Part shown: positions 24,428 through 38,400 of the stretch, piece by piece | How the letters are laid out: each line of letters starts with the position of its first letter | Numbering within the stretch: position 1 is the first letter of the stretch | Origin: Eledone cirrhosa | Lineage: Eukaryota | Direction: 5' to 3' | Assembly (NCBI GenBank): GCA_964016885.1 | Contig: CAXHJY010001693.1 | Span: forward strand, 81,744-145,743 | Length of the DNA stretch: 64,000 nt | Notes under the pieces: generated by a model | What the model saw: the letters and a program-made list of their open reading frames with translations, nothing else | What the model was told of the DNA's origin: nothing | The model's database searches: none | Translations under genes and position numbers: made by a program

Positions 24428-27400
24428 TTATGTTCATACACAGAAAAAAAGTGCTACCTAAGGTTTCAAGGTCCGAGATGGACCATATCTCCAGATTCTA
24501 AGAGGGATCAAAATTGTGATCCAATCTCCAGGTGCTTAGACAAGTTTTACATATATATATATAAAAAACTTTGATTCTGCGTCATCTCCTTTGTGAGGTT
24601 CAATTGAGCAAGGTCACCCTTTATCACTTAATCCCAAGTTTTCCTAGGTTTTCCTCTTCCATAGTTTACCTTCGACTTCAGAGTACTCTGCACCTTTTTA
24701 TGCAGCTGTCATCCTTCATACACATCACATGTCCAAACTACTGCAATCTCCTTTACGGCACACTGCATCTGACCCCCTCTTATGCCAAGTTTCTTTTTCA
24801 GTTCACTGATGCTTTGACATTCATGCACACCACTGTTACCCTTCCATCAGAACATATGGGCTTCATTTAGTCACAAGTGCATTACCAGCCGAAATGTATG
24901 ATAAAGTTATATCTGTATAGAGATTGTGCTAGAGTTAAAGCCATGCCCTTATGTTTGTGAGTACAACCCTTAATCATTAGGCCATGTGACTTGAGAGAGA
25001 GAGAGAGAGAGAGTACTTACTACAATTCATGGTGATGGGTGGTGGAGGTTGTGGAGGCACTGGAGGTCCAATGGCTGTGAAACCTGTCTGCTGGTGGGGA
25101 ACAAACTCTACAACTTTGATACCAATCAGAGAATTTGGGCCATAAGACTGGGCCTCTACAGTGACCAACTGGACCAAGATATCTGGAGGAGGAGGAGAAA
25201 AATTAATAACAATTTAATAACATAACTTTTTCATTATTAAGCTGATATTTGGAGTATTACTTAACCAAAATTTCTTATATAAAATTATGATAGAAGGTTT
25301 TTAAATATAAGTATCAATATACTTATACTCATTTTTAACCCTTTAACATTTACATTACTCTATATATACTATTGTATTTTCACAGTAAAGGCTTTACCTC
25401 ACATAATATCTCACATAACATTTACATTACTCTATATATACTATTCTATTTTCACAGTAAAGGCTTTACCTCACATAATATCTCACATAACATTTACATT
25501 ACTCTATATATACTATTGTATTTTCACAGTAAAGGCTTTACCTCACATAATATCTCACATAACATTTACATTACTCTATATATACTATTCTATTTTCACA
25601 GTAAAGGCTTTACCTCACATAATATCGAAAATATGAAATGTTGATATTATTTTAAGAACAATACCTTAACTAAAGTATGAGCAGCTAGTTACGGCTGGTT
25701 TAAATGCTAAAGAAGTAATAATACAACTTTTTCATTATTAAGCTGAATTTCTTAAACAAAATTATGATGGAAGGTTTTTAATATAAGTATGTAGATTTTT
25801 TAAACAATTTTGTATCATAAAACCAAGGCAATTTTGAGTGTGTTGTTATGAAAGGATTAACATGGTTCAATAAATATTAGAAAAAAGAGTAAAAAAAAAG
25901 GCCCTACGTACCGACAGCATGTTTGACAGACGAGATAGCACCTGACGTAGCTTCCCCTAGTTCCGACAACTGATAAAGTGTTTCAAGGGTATAAATAATC
26001 AGCTGTATATCATGAATTGTCAACAGTTTACAGATGTCCTCATAGGCCTTACTTTCCAGATGTTCAGACAACAGGCTTTCATTCTCTTCTACTTGGCACA
26101 ACTTGCTGAGGATTTCAAGTCCTAATAGATAGATAGTTAAATAAACAGATAGATATATAGATAGGTAGGTAGGTAGATAAATAAAGGACAGATAGATATA
26201 GAGACAGACTGATAAAATAAGTACCAGACTTGAAAAAAAACAAGTACTAGGACTGATACCATTCGCTAAATGCCATCAAGGCAATGCCCCAGCATGGCCA
26301 CAATCTAATGGCTGAATAAAAGAAAAGTGAAAATATGTTTCCTTACCTCGAACAACTTCACATTTATCACTGGAACATAGACACTTTGATATCAACCTAA
26401 GGATGAGCTGTGTATCTGGGTGGTCAACACTCTCTAATATCATCTGAAAACAGAAATAGCAGGGGTCAAATGTTAATACAAAGAGAAAAGAGGATATTTT
26501 CATGACACACAGTCCACCCTGTAAGCTGGCAGTTCTGGTGCTCTGAGTCAATGCAACACAACACACCATACATTCAACACCACACCACACCACAGAACAC
26601 ACACCATACAACAAGGAGGCCAAAATGAGAACAACTTTACCTGGAGGGCAGAATTGCCGAGAGTATCGAGTCCTATCTGCCGCAGTGATCCATATTTACT
26701 GTAGGCACAAAGTAATAGAAACCTGAAATGAGGAAAACAGAGAGGTGGTTATTGATAAGTATGGAGTTGATTGATTTGTGTAGGGGAGAAATAATTTACT
26801 GGAACGGAGAGTGGGGGATGAATTGGTGGACAGAGTAAAGTAAAGATTAAGTATTTCATTGTAACAGCAATTTACCTGGTAAATCAGGGTAATTACTCAT
26901 CAAAGATGATTGTGGTGATGACGATGATGATGATGATGACAATATTTATGAGAGGAATTATGATTAAAAAGTCTGAGACAGAAGAGAAGTTGATGAAACA
27001 GTTTTTACCTGAAAACACTTCTGTTGTTGGCCAAAATTTGTAGATTTTCTTCATCAAAAGACAAATTCCTGACAATAATTGCCATCTGGAAGAATGGAAT
27101 GGGAAAAAAAGTGAAAGGAACTGTGGTGAGAAAGAAGAAAGGTGAGTAAATTACAGGTAAAGTTTGGGCAGGTGATGGGAGATGATAGGGGCTCTAGTTT
27201 TATCATACACTAACATATATGTTGTTGCTGTTACAGCTCACACCTCTGTAGGTCTAGCTGGCCTCCCACAAGGTTGTATCTCATAGGAGGTTTCTCAGGT
27301 GTTTTAATGATAGGAACCCCAGTTCTATGATGTTGTTATTGTTATTGTTCACAGGAGGTTTCTTGAGTGTTTTAATAAGGACCTCCCCAACAACATAAAA

Positions 27401-30400
27401 TGAAACATCATGCTCCAGAATACATGTTCCCCACTCCAGGGATTTAATCAATGACCTTATGATTATGAAGGCAATACCCTCTCAGTACTAGAACATAAAA
27501 ACCTTACCTGTGTAACTCTCTGACCCTCAACGTCAGTGACCCCGAGACTTCGGCCAAGATTCAGAACTTCTTCACCAACCCACTCTCCTAGAAAATGAAA
27601 TAAAATTATATATTACTTTATTTTTATAGAGAGAGAGTCTGTTTCTGACATACACACAAGACTCACTCATTGGAATTTAAACATCAACTTGGTAGATATG
27701 CATGTGTGCATGTATGGATGTTATTTTATGTGTACATGTAGTTATTAGATGCTGAATATTTGGAATGCTTTACTGTTTCATTAATGGATTGTACTTGGGA
27801 TTTTCTAACTAGTCATGTTCTTTCTGTTTCTGTGAAGCCCAGCTTCTCAAGATTTGTACTGAGGCAGTTACTAACATATGTATGTGTGTTTGTGTATGTT
27901 TGTATATATATATATATATATGTATATCTATAGTCTATTGTACAACAGATAATATCAAGAGATATTTACGTATCAACGATGCATCCCTCGTGTCTGAGAT
28001 CATTTCACGAACTTCTTTATCATTCACTGTATCATACCAGAACTGAAAAAAATAACACAAAATATAAGACCCAGCATCACAAAAAAACATCATCATATGT
28101 AATATAGTGCCCCAGCATGGCTACAGTCTAATTACTAAAATCAGTTACAGACTAAGGGAAACAAAAAAAAAAATTAAATTTCACAGCTCAGATATATGTA
28201 GGGTTTAGCTGGTCGCCTACTAGATTGCACTCCATGGGAGGTTTCTCAGGTGTTTTAACGACAAGGACCTCAGTCCTATCATGTTACAGCTCACACCTAT
28301 GTAGGTTTTGGAGTTGCGACCAGTAGATAGTATCAGCAATAGAAAGACCAATGGAAATATTATTTCCTTGGTCCGATTTGACGAGGTCCACCCCACTCAG
28401 CAAGCGAATGAGTTCTGGGATCTTGTCAATCGATCAGAGCAATATATAGGAAGTAAAATGAGAAAATATCTACATTTAGGGGGCTGAGTATATTTACATG
28501 AATATACAGGGTGTCCTCCAAAAAATGTATACACATATTTACTAGAATGCTGTTGCAGTGTGTATACATTTTAGGGACACCCTGTATATAAGTAGCAAAA
28601 TGAGAAAAACATGAAACCAAGTTACCTTCACAAAGTTTCTTTTAGAAAACGGCCGCCAACCATTTTCGTAGAGTTCTTCTAGGGAACTGTCCCCTGCAAG
28701 AGAAATACGTGGAAGATAGACGTTAAACGATGATGATGATGATGCATAACGAGTGTTTTAAGGACTAGAATGTTTTTCAACACACTGACGCATATGTGTA
28801 TATGTGCATATGCATACATTTATATGCATGGGTATATAAATATAAATGCGCAAACACAGACACACAAAAATACACTCACAGACATACATTCACACAAACA
28901 CATTGTGTGACGGACGGAAGTTGGTCAAATTTATATTTATATATATATATTATAGATTATGATTAGCAAAGTGAGAGAGAGGAGACAAAGGGAGTATGAT
29001 GTTACGGGAAAGGATTACACATCTCTCTCAAGCGACCACTCTACTCTAGAGTACCAGTAATTATAAATGGGCTTACCAAGTGAAAAAATTCCTATATGTG
29101 CTAAAAGAAGATCCAGTAGGTGCTTGGATTTATCCAGGCGTAATGAGCGCTTGCCATCGTTGGAGAGCAGGGTGCAAACGTTGACCACAAAATCTACCTC
29201 ATTTGGTAATCCTGACATCAAAGCCATCTCCAATTTGTCATAGTCACTGAAGGTAACAAACTGGCAGGACAAACCAGCATTTTGTCGGGCTGACTCTGGA
29301 AAATAACAGAAACAACAGCAATATTAATATATGTACAATATCATCATTGCAATTATATTAGTAGCCCTCTGCCCCTTGTTCTAGAATACCAAACTGGTGG
29401 TTTTTTAAAAATGTTTATATTTATCTAAACATCTCTCATAATTTTATGTAAGAAACTTTTGTTAAGTTATGTTCCAAACTGCAGATAATGTGAAATTGAA
29501 TTATATAACTAAATCGTTCCAAATTCTCGACTATTTTCAAAAAGTGGTTAAAGACATAGACAGTGTGTTTCATTAGAAATATGGTAATGAAAGGGTTAAT
29601 GACATAGACAGTGTCTTTCATTAGAAATATGGTAATGAAAGGGTTAATGACATAGACAGTGTCTTTCATTAGAAATATGGTAATGAAAGGGTTAATGACA
29701 TAGACAGTGTCTTTCATTAGAAATATGGTAATGAAAGGGTTAATGACATAGACAGTGTCTTTCATTAGAAATATGGTAATGAAAGGGTTAATGACATAGA
29801 CAGTGTCTTTCATTAGAAATATGGTAATGACAGGGTTAATGACATAGACAGCGTCTTTCATTAGAAATATGGTAATGAAAGGGTTAATGACATAGACAGC
29901 GTCTTTCATTAGAAATATGGTAATGAAAGGGTTAAAGACATAGACAGCGTCTTTCATTAGAAATATGGTAATGAAAGGGTTAAAGACATAGACAGTGTCT
30001 TTCATTAGAAATATGGTAATGAAAGGGTTAAAGACATAGACAGTGTCTTTCATTAGAAATATGGTAATGAAAGGGTTAAAGACATAGACAGTGTCTTTCA
30101 TTAGAAATATGGTAATGAAAGGGTTAAAGACATAGACAGTGTATTTCATTAGAAATATGGTAATGGAAGGGTTAAAACACAAACAGCAACAAAAAAACAG
30201 ACCCTAACAGTGAAATAGAAACTCACCTGATACTTTATGCTGATTATATTTATATGTTAGGGGTACACTGTGTAAAGGGGTGGAAGACTTTTTACGTGAG
30301 GGTCCATCTTCGTCATCATCCATGATCTCATGATCAGGATCTTCTCCGAGAAAATTGACTTTCTCATATTCATTTAAAAATCTGAAATACACAAAAACAT

Positions 30401-33400
30401 CAAAGACGTGTTATAGGGGTTAAATCAACTGAAACAATTAACGAAGAATATGGAGGGATTTATTAAAATTATTAATTATATTTTATTAAAATGCAACACT
30501 TACCTGATGTAAATCTGTTTAATTGCCTGAATCCCATTTGTACATCCTTTGGGGATGTTGAATTCTTCAAACAACTCATCCCAGTTTTGTTCTTCATTGA
30601 CCTAGAAGACAGAAACAACACTGTTAATGTTGTTGTAGTGGTTGTTGTGGTGGTGGTGTTTGTTGTTATTGTGGTGGGTGTTTGTTGTAGTGGTGGCTTT
30701 TGTAGTTATTGTTTAATGTACGAGGTACATTCAACAAGTTTTGAGACTTTTTCTTTTTAAACACTTTTAATCAACCTACATCTTTGATAAGGTTATAATA
30801 AGCTGACATGCCAAATATTGCATTGCAAGGCACTGTGTTACTGTAAATTGAGATGTTGTTGGGGGGAAAATGTGTTAGAAATGATGCTGGTACACGTAGC
30901 ACTACTGATTCCAAAAAGAAAGAGGCCTGGAAATGTTACTATGAGAGATTGATGAATGGGAGGAAGAGAAACTACCAGCTATTGAAGTTGACATTTACAG
31001 GGTCAAAGAAGCAATCAAAGAAATGAAGAATGGTAAAGCTGTGGGACCATCAGAGATAGTTGCTGTGATGCTAACAGCATTGGGAGATGTAGGAGTTGAA
31101 CTAGTAACCCACATAATTAATCAGGTAATACAGGAGGGAATCATAACCAATGACTGGTGCAGCAGTACAATCATAAATTGCTAGAAGGGCAAAGGTGATG
31201 CTCTAGAAAGGAGCAACTACAGAAGAATAAAACTAATGGACCAAATTATGAAAATTATAGAATGAGATATAGCACAGCTAATTAGGGAAAGAGTCAAAAT
31301 AGATGAGATACAGTTTGGTTTCATGCCAGGGAAAAGCACCACAGATGCCTTCTTTTTAGTGAGGCAACTAAAAGAAATGTTCCTAGCTAAGAATAAACCA
31401 CTATGTTTAACTTTTGTTGATCCAGAAAAGGCTTTTGACAGAGTACCTCAATCCAACTGATCCGGCTGGATCCCCAAGTCAGACCAGCCAAGCTCATCAT
31501 CATCATTTAACGTCCATCTTCCACGCTAGCATGGGTCTGGGCGGGAATTGTCCCACTTGAGGCAAGATTGATTGTCTTGCTCAGGGCTGTCTGGCGGGTT
31601 TTCTATGGCTGGATGCCGTTCCTAACACCAACCACGTTTACAGTGTGGACTGGGAGGTTTTTACTGTTACCTACATGGCCACATTACAGAGTGGACTGTG
31701 TGTTTTTTTGTCGTGACACCTACACAACCTCATTTATTTAGGACTGGATGTTGTGGTACCAACAAGCTCATGGATGTTATCCAACCATCTTGCTTGGAGT
31801 CTACCCCCTGGGTCTCTCGTCTCTCACCGTGAGGGTAAATCATTGTAGTTTGACCAGTTAGACATTTAGATAGGCTAAAGTTTGGTGGTGGGGAGTTGTC
31901 AATATGACCATCTGTTATACAACAGATTTGTTTTTGGATTCGGATAGGCAGTGTCAGATTTAGGACAAATGGGGTTCTATGCTAGTTAAGTTATGAGGCC
32001 CCTTGGGCCCTGAAGGAGGTAAAAACATTTGGAGACAGGAAGATGCCCCCTTCCTCCTACTTGGCCAACGGGGGCCCTGAGCTTAAAGCACACCTAGGCA
32101 CAATGGTAAACCCAGCACTGCCTGTTGGCGTTTCTGGTTGCTTATTTCTCTCTTGCATTTCATGTTTGTAAAAATATATTGCATCAATACACACACACAT
32201 TATATTGGCAGTATCGGTAGAGGGTTGGAAGCCATGCTTTGCAGCAAAGAGTTACGGCGCTTTATGGTCTGAGTTCAAATCCCGCCGAGGTTAACTTTGC
32301 CTTTCATCCTTACAGGGTCGATAAAATAAAGTACCAGTAATGTACTGGGTTATTGCTGGCCTTGTGCCAAAAGTAGAAACAATTATATATATATTCATGT
32401 ATACATGCATACATACATATATATATACATGCATACATACATACACATATATATATATGTATATATACATGCATACATACATACACATATATATATGTAT
32501 ATATACATGCATACATACACATATATATATATATATATACATGCATACATACACATATATATATATATATATACATGCATACATACACATATATATATAC
32601 ATATATACATGCATACATACATATATATACATATATACATGCATACATACATATATATACATATATACATGCATACATACATATATATACATATATACAT
32701 GCATACATACATATATATACATATATACATGCATACATACATATATATACATATATACATGCATACATATATATATATACATGCATACATACATATATAT
32801 ACATGCATACACACACACACTATATATATATACACACGCATACATACACATATATATACATGCATACACACACATATATGTGTGTATATGGATGTGAAGA
32901 AAAAAACGGGATGGTCACGGAAGGAACTATTTAGTTCCTATATCTAGTTAAGAGGGAAAGACTAAACAACATTTAAGTACAAATCTCTTCAAACACGACC
33001 ATCGACTACAACAGTAGTGAGAGATAGTGTGTGTGTGTGTGTGTGTGTGTGAGAGTGCATGTGTTTGTGTATGTGTGTGTTAAACATATTTCTATTGCTG
33101 CTATGTTGTTCTCTTTATTATAATCACAAGAGCAGCAAAATGAAAATTTTTAAGCAGAGAAAAATCGCGCTTCCTTCATTGGTGAGGAGTTCTCTGCCTG
33201 CTCCCCTTCCTCTCTGTAACAATGGAGTGTGTGTGTATAGCTTTGAATGGAGAGGGTGTGTGTCTGTGTGTGTATATACAGCCTTGAATAGAATGTGTGT
33301 GTGTCTGTATATATCGCTTTGATGAAGAGGGTGTGTGTGTCTGTGTGCGTTTATATATATATATATATATATAATGGTTTCTATATATAATTTTGAATGA

Positions 33401-34319
33401 AGAGGGTGTGTTTGTATATATCATTTTGTGCATGAGAAGTGTGTGTAATGTGTCGATTTGTTTTATATATCAGTTTATGTGTGAAAGATGTGTGTAATTA
33501 GATGAACCAAAAAGTGTGTGTGTCCTTTGTATGAGAGTGAATCACGGTGTGTGTGTCAGAGTTGGTATGTGTGAACTGAGTCAGTGTGTGTGTGTAGGAG
33601 AGAGAGGAAGAGAGTGTGTGTGTGTGTGTGTGTGTGGTAGAGAGAGAGAGTGTGTGTACCTTTATGGCTATATGAAAGGAAGCAGGCATCTCTAAGTGAG
33701 GGAGGAGGAGAATGTGTGATGATTAATGAGAGGTGGTGGAGGAGAAATATGGATGACTACATTATATAAAAAGAAAAATATAAATAATAACGACGATCTC
33801 TTTCTTTATACACACATTGACTGGGTGTATATCTATATTATATATACACGCACTGGCAGGGTATATATATATATATATTAATTAAAGGTTAATTAGTCAC
33901 TAATACTCATATGAAACGCGGTAGGGGGAGGATCTATATATTTTGTTTATACTCCCAGAAATTAGAGTCTTTTTCTCATTAAATATATACATATAATATA
34001 TACATATATTATATATATATAACTCTAGAAAGTAAACTATCTCATACATACAGACTGCTTACACATATACATATAAATACGCATACACACACATATATAT
34101 ATATATACCTTAATTTACAACCTTATAAATATACACACACACACACAGATGTCCCCCAAAAATGTATACACACTTCAACAGCAAAAAAAAAAAGATGCAT
34201 TAAAATGAAATGTTTTCTATGCATTATTTGAATTATGTCTGGAGATGATTTTATTGTATATTCTGATAAATATTGTCTGTACAGGTAATGGAAGTGTGGA
34301 TACATTTTTGGGGGACACC

Positions 34320-34356
<37 letters not shown>

Positions 34357-35541
34357 CACTCATGAGCTCATAAAGTACCGTAGTAACGAGAACGAGACTT
34401 CGCCATTAAAATACCACCTTAGTGCTCTCACTACTACTACAGTGATGACACCACCACTACTATTACTACAACAGGACTACTACTACTACCACTACTACTA
34501 CAGTGATGACACCACCACTACTACAATGCCACCAAGTACCACCACAACCACTACTACAATCATAACCCGACCGCCACTACTACAGTTATAATACAGCCAC
34601 CACATACTACTACTACCACTACCACAGTTATAATACAGCCACCACATACTACTACTACTACTACCACTACCACAGTTATAATGCAGCCACCACATACTAC
34701 TACTACTACTACTACTACCACAGTTATAATGCAGCCACCACCACACACTACAACTACTACCAGTTACGAACACAGCCACTACCACCACCGCCACATACTA
34801 CTACTACCACGACTACCAGTTATAATGCAGCCACCACCACATACTACTACTACCACTGTTAAGAACACAACCACTACCACCACCACCACTAAAACTACTA
34901 CAATACGACCATAATTAATTTCACTAATTACTACTACTACTACTACTACCACGTTATATATATATAAACCCCTCCCCGCTCTCCCTGTCTATGGTATTGT
35001 CCCCTAAATGTTCGGCCCTTGTGGCCAATAAATGAAACCATAATTATTATAATCAATATATATATATACACATATATATATACACACACATATATATATA
35101 TATTATATATAAAATACAGCAGATGAAAATATTTCTAAAAACCAACCCAGATATATGTGCACGCGTGTATATAGAGAAAATAGCATAATATATAGCCGTC
35201 GAAACGGCTTGAGCTCTGCCGTCGGGGTCATACTTTTAGCTATTTCTCACTCTACTACTCTAAGTATTGAGTACTCTAGTGCGTTATGGTCCATCTGGTT
35301 CCTTACCACAATTCCTTTGTTATATATATATATATATATATATATTCCTTCGAATGAAACAGTTCTAGTCCTGTAGAAGCCATTTCTATATTATATATAT
35401 GTAAAATTAATATTATTCATACAAATAACGAAACAGATCTAGTCCTGTAGAAGCCATTTTTTATATAAAATAAAGGGGCCAACGTACTGAGAGCCTTTTA
35501 AAATTGTAGTTCCCTCCCGATACCCGTTGGGAACCCACCCG

Positions 35542-35586
<45 letters not shown>

Positions 35587-35814
35587 AGAGAGTGTAACGC
35601 GGAGTTACTGTATATATATATATATACACACGCATAGTGTTTCTGAAGAAGACGACCAATTGAACAGGGATTTCGAGACTAGTAATAGGTAGTAGCTTAA
35701 CCACTACCATGCTAGTCGATATATTGATCTGCTACTATCAACCGACCCTCTGAAACTATCGTAAAACAATGAACTAATTACCTACGTCCTCTTTATTGTT
35801 CTACACACACACAC

Positions 35815-35872
<58 letters not shown>

Positions 35873-38366
35873 CACTGACAACATAACAGACGATTTTATC
35901 ATTTGTTATCTAATAAAATATCAACCATATTTAATACTGTTTGATATTGTTTCTACATGCATAATATTTATGGTTATATAATGGTTCATATGATCTGGAA
36001 AGACGCATACAATATACACCACAATATATATACACACACACCACATACCAAAGAAAAATTAAATATATTTTTCCATGTATAAGATGTCTAAGATTTCTTA
36101 GATAAGATTTCTACTCAGAAATTTAGCGTCGAAATCTTACAGCTTCCTATACACTAATAACAATAATAAATTATATAATGCTTGACCAGCCAAGCTGATG
36201 GAAGTCATCCAACCATCTTGCTTGGGGTCTACCCCTGGGTCTCCTGCCAGTTGCTTTTGCCTGCAAAATCTGTCCAGTGATTCTTTCCTGAGACATTCTA
36301 ACCACATGTCAATAGTATCGGAACTGTGATCTCTCAATTCAGAGAAGTAGCAGCTCTACTTGGAGTGACTCTCTGATCTCCGAGCTACAAATCTGACCAG
36401 TGATTCTTTCCTGAGATATTCTAACCACATGTCCATAGTATCAGAGCTGTGATCTCTTGATTTGGAGAAGTAGTGGCTCTACCTGGAGTGACTCTCTGAT
36501 CTCCAAGCTACACACCCTATTGAGTAATGTTACTGTAAAGACCCTTCGGAGGAAACCCATTTTGGCCGCTTGTATTCATGATCGAATTCTTTCAGTCATT
36601 ACCCAAGATTCATGGCATGAATACCGAATTGAAGACAGCAAGTTTGGCTTTTACACCTACCCCTCTTTTGATTACTGAATATATATCCCTATCTAATATA
36701 TCCTCTGTGTAGATATAACCTGTCCCATTCTGACCAGTTTATACCCCTACACACACCACCACCATCACCAGCCATAGAAAACTTGCCAAACCGAGAGCCG
36801 AAACGTGTTTTCAGTTGTGTCAAGAGCATAACAATTTCCCCGAGTGCTGGTGCCATAATAAAACACATCCAGAATATTTTATAAAGGGGTTAGTGTCATC
36901 ACGAATGGGATCCAGCTGTAGAAAACTGGGTCGAAAGGACTCTGGTGTCAATAAAATGCAACCACTAGACTATAAAATGTGGTTGGCATTAGGAAGGGCA
37001 CCTGCAGCAAAATCTCGTAGATTCAATATTATGTGAGTTAATTATGTAAATTAAAGCCTTTAACACAAAAATAAAATAGTATATATAGGGTAATGTAAAT
37101 TCTAAAGGGTTAAACCATGTTTGTATCATAGAACCAGTTGCAGTTATAATAAGGTATCATTATGTGAAGTCACGTAGTTTTCGTGGTTTAAGTGTTGAAC
37201 TCAATCACTGGGTAGTGGGTTCGATTCCTGTGCTGGGCAGCACATTGTGTTATTCAGCAAGATACTTTATTTTCCATTGTTTTTCATTAGTTCCTTATCA
37301 TTAAAACACCTTAGAAACCTCCTATGAGATACAACCTTGTAGGAGGTCAGCTAAATCTACATACGTGTAAGCAGTAAATTAATCCGAAGGTCATGTGTTC
37401 AATTCCTGGAACAGGTGGTGGTGTGTCCTTGAGCATAATTTTCTTTCTAAAACAGCTTTTGCTTCATTTAACCCTTTAGCATTTACATTACTCTATATAT
37501 ACTATTATATTTTCAAGGTAAAGGCTTTACCTCACATAATATCAAATCTATGAGATTCTGATGTTATTATACCTTAATATCAGTATTAGTGGCCAGTTCC
37601 GGCTGGTTTGAACAGAAAGAGGTGCGAGAATTCTGGCCAGATACAGCTAGTTTAAATGCTAAAGGGTTAATGTCTTATTAAAATCAGGGTGGTGAAGGTT
37701 GTCCATAGAATATAGGCGTGTGGTGTGTCTCTTTGAAAAATCTTACAAAGATTGTGGAAATCACTGCTGTAAACAATGAGTTTTATAAATCTAACCATCA
37801 TCATTTAACATGTTTTCCCTATTAGCAAGGGTTGAACATGTTGTCACTCACTGGTCAGTCCTCAAGCAAAGTCACTGACCTCCAGGTGGACGAAAGCATG
37901 ATAACATCAATGAGCTTGACTGGTCTCGCTTGATACAGCTGGATCAGTTGGAGATGGCTGCTTCTGACAGGGCCTGCTGGAAGGAGTGTTTGAGGACTCA
38001 GCTCCCAACGACCCTCCTAGGATTAAGTGGGCGAAGATATATATATATATATTTACAGTAGTAATAGTTTGGTAGAAATATCCAAGGGTAAGAGCCCTTA
38101 GTTCACAGGACGAGTTAAGTATGATTAGTTACAACAGTGACATATACAGGTGGTTAAGTTTTATTGGGTTATACACCCCAACTCATTCAGCCTAAATGAG
38201 TTGGAATGTATAACCCAACAAAACTTAAGTAACTGTATATGTCATTATATCATTATATATACATCCCGCCGAAGTTAACTTTGCCTTTCATCCTTACAGG
38301 GTCGATAAAATAAAGTACCAGTAATACACTAGGATAATTGCTGGCCTTCTGCCAAAAAGTAGAAAC

Positions 38367-38400
<34 letters not shown>

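Noticed and set aside
29436-30182. 248-aa repetitive ORF and a CRISPR-like regular array
   Set aside because: Head-to-tail 48-bp units with no unique spacers, in a eukaryotic intron with no cas genes
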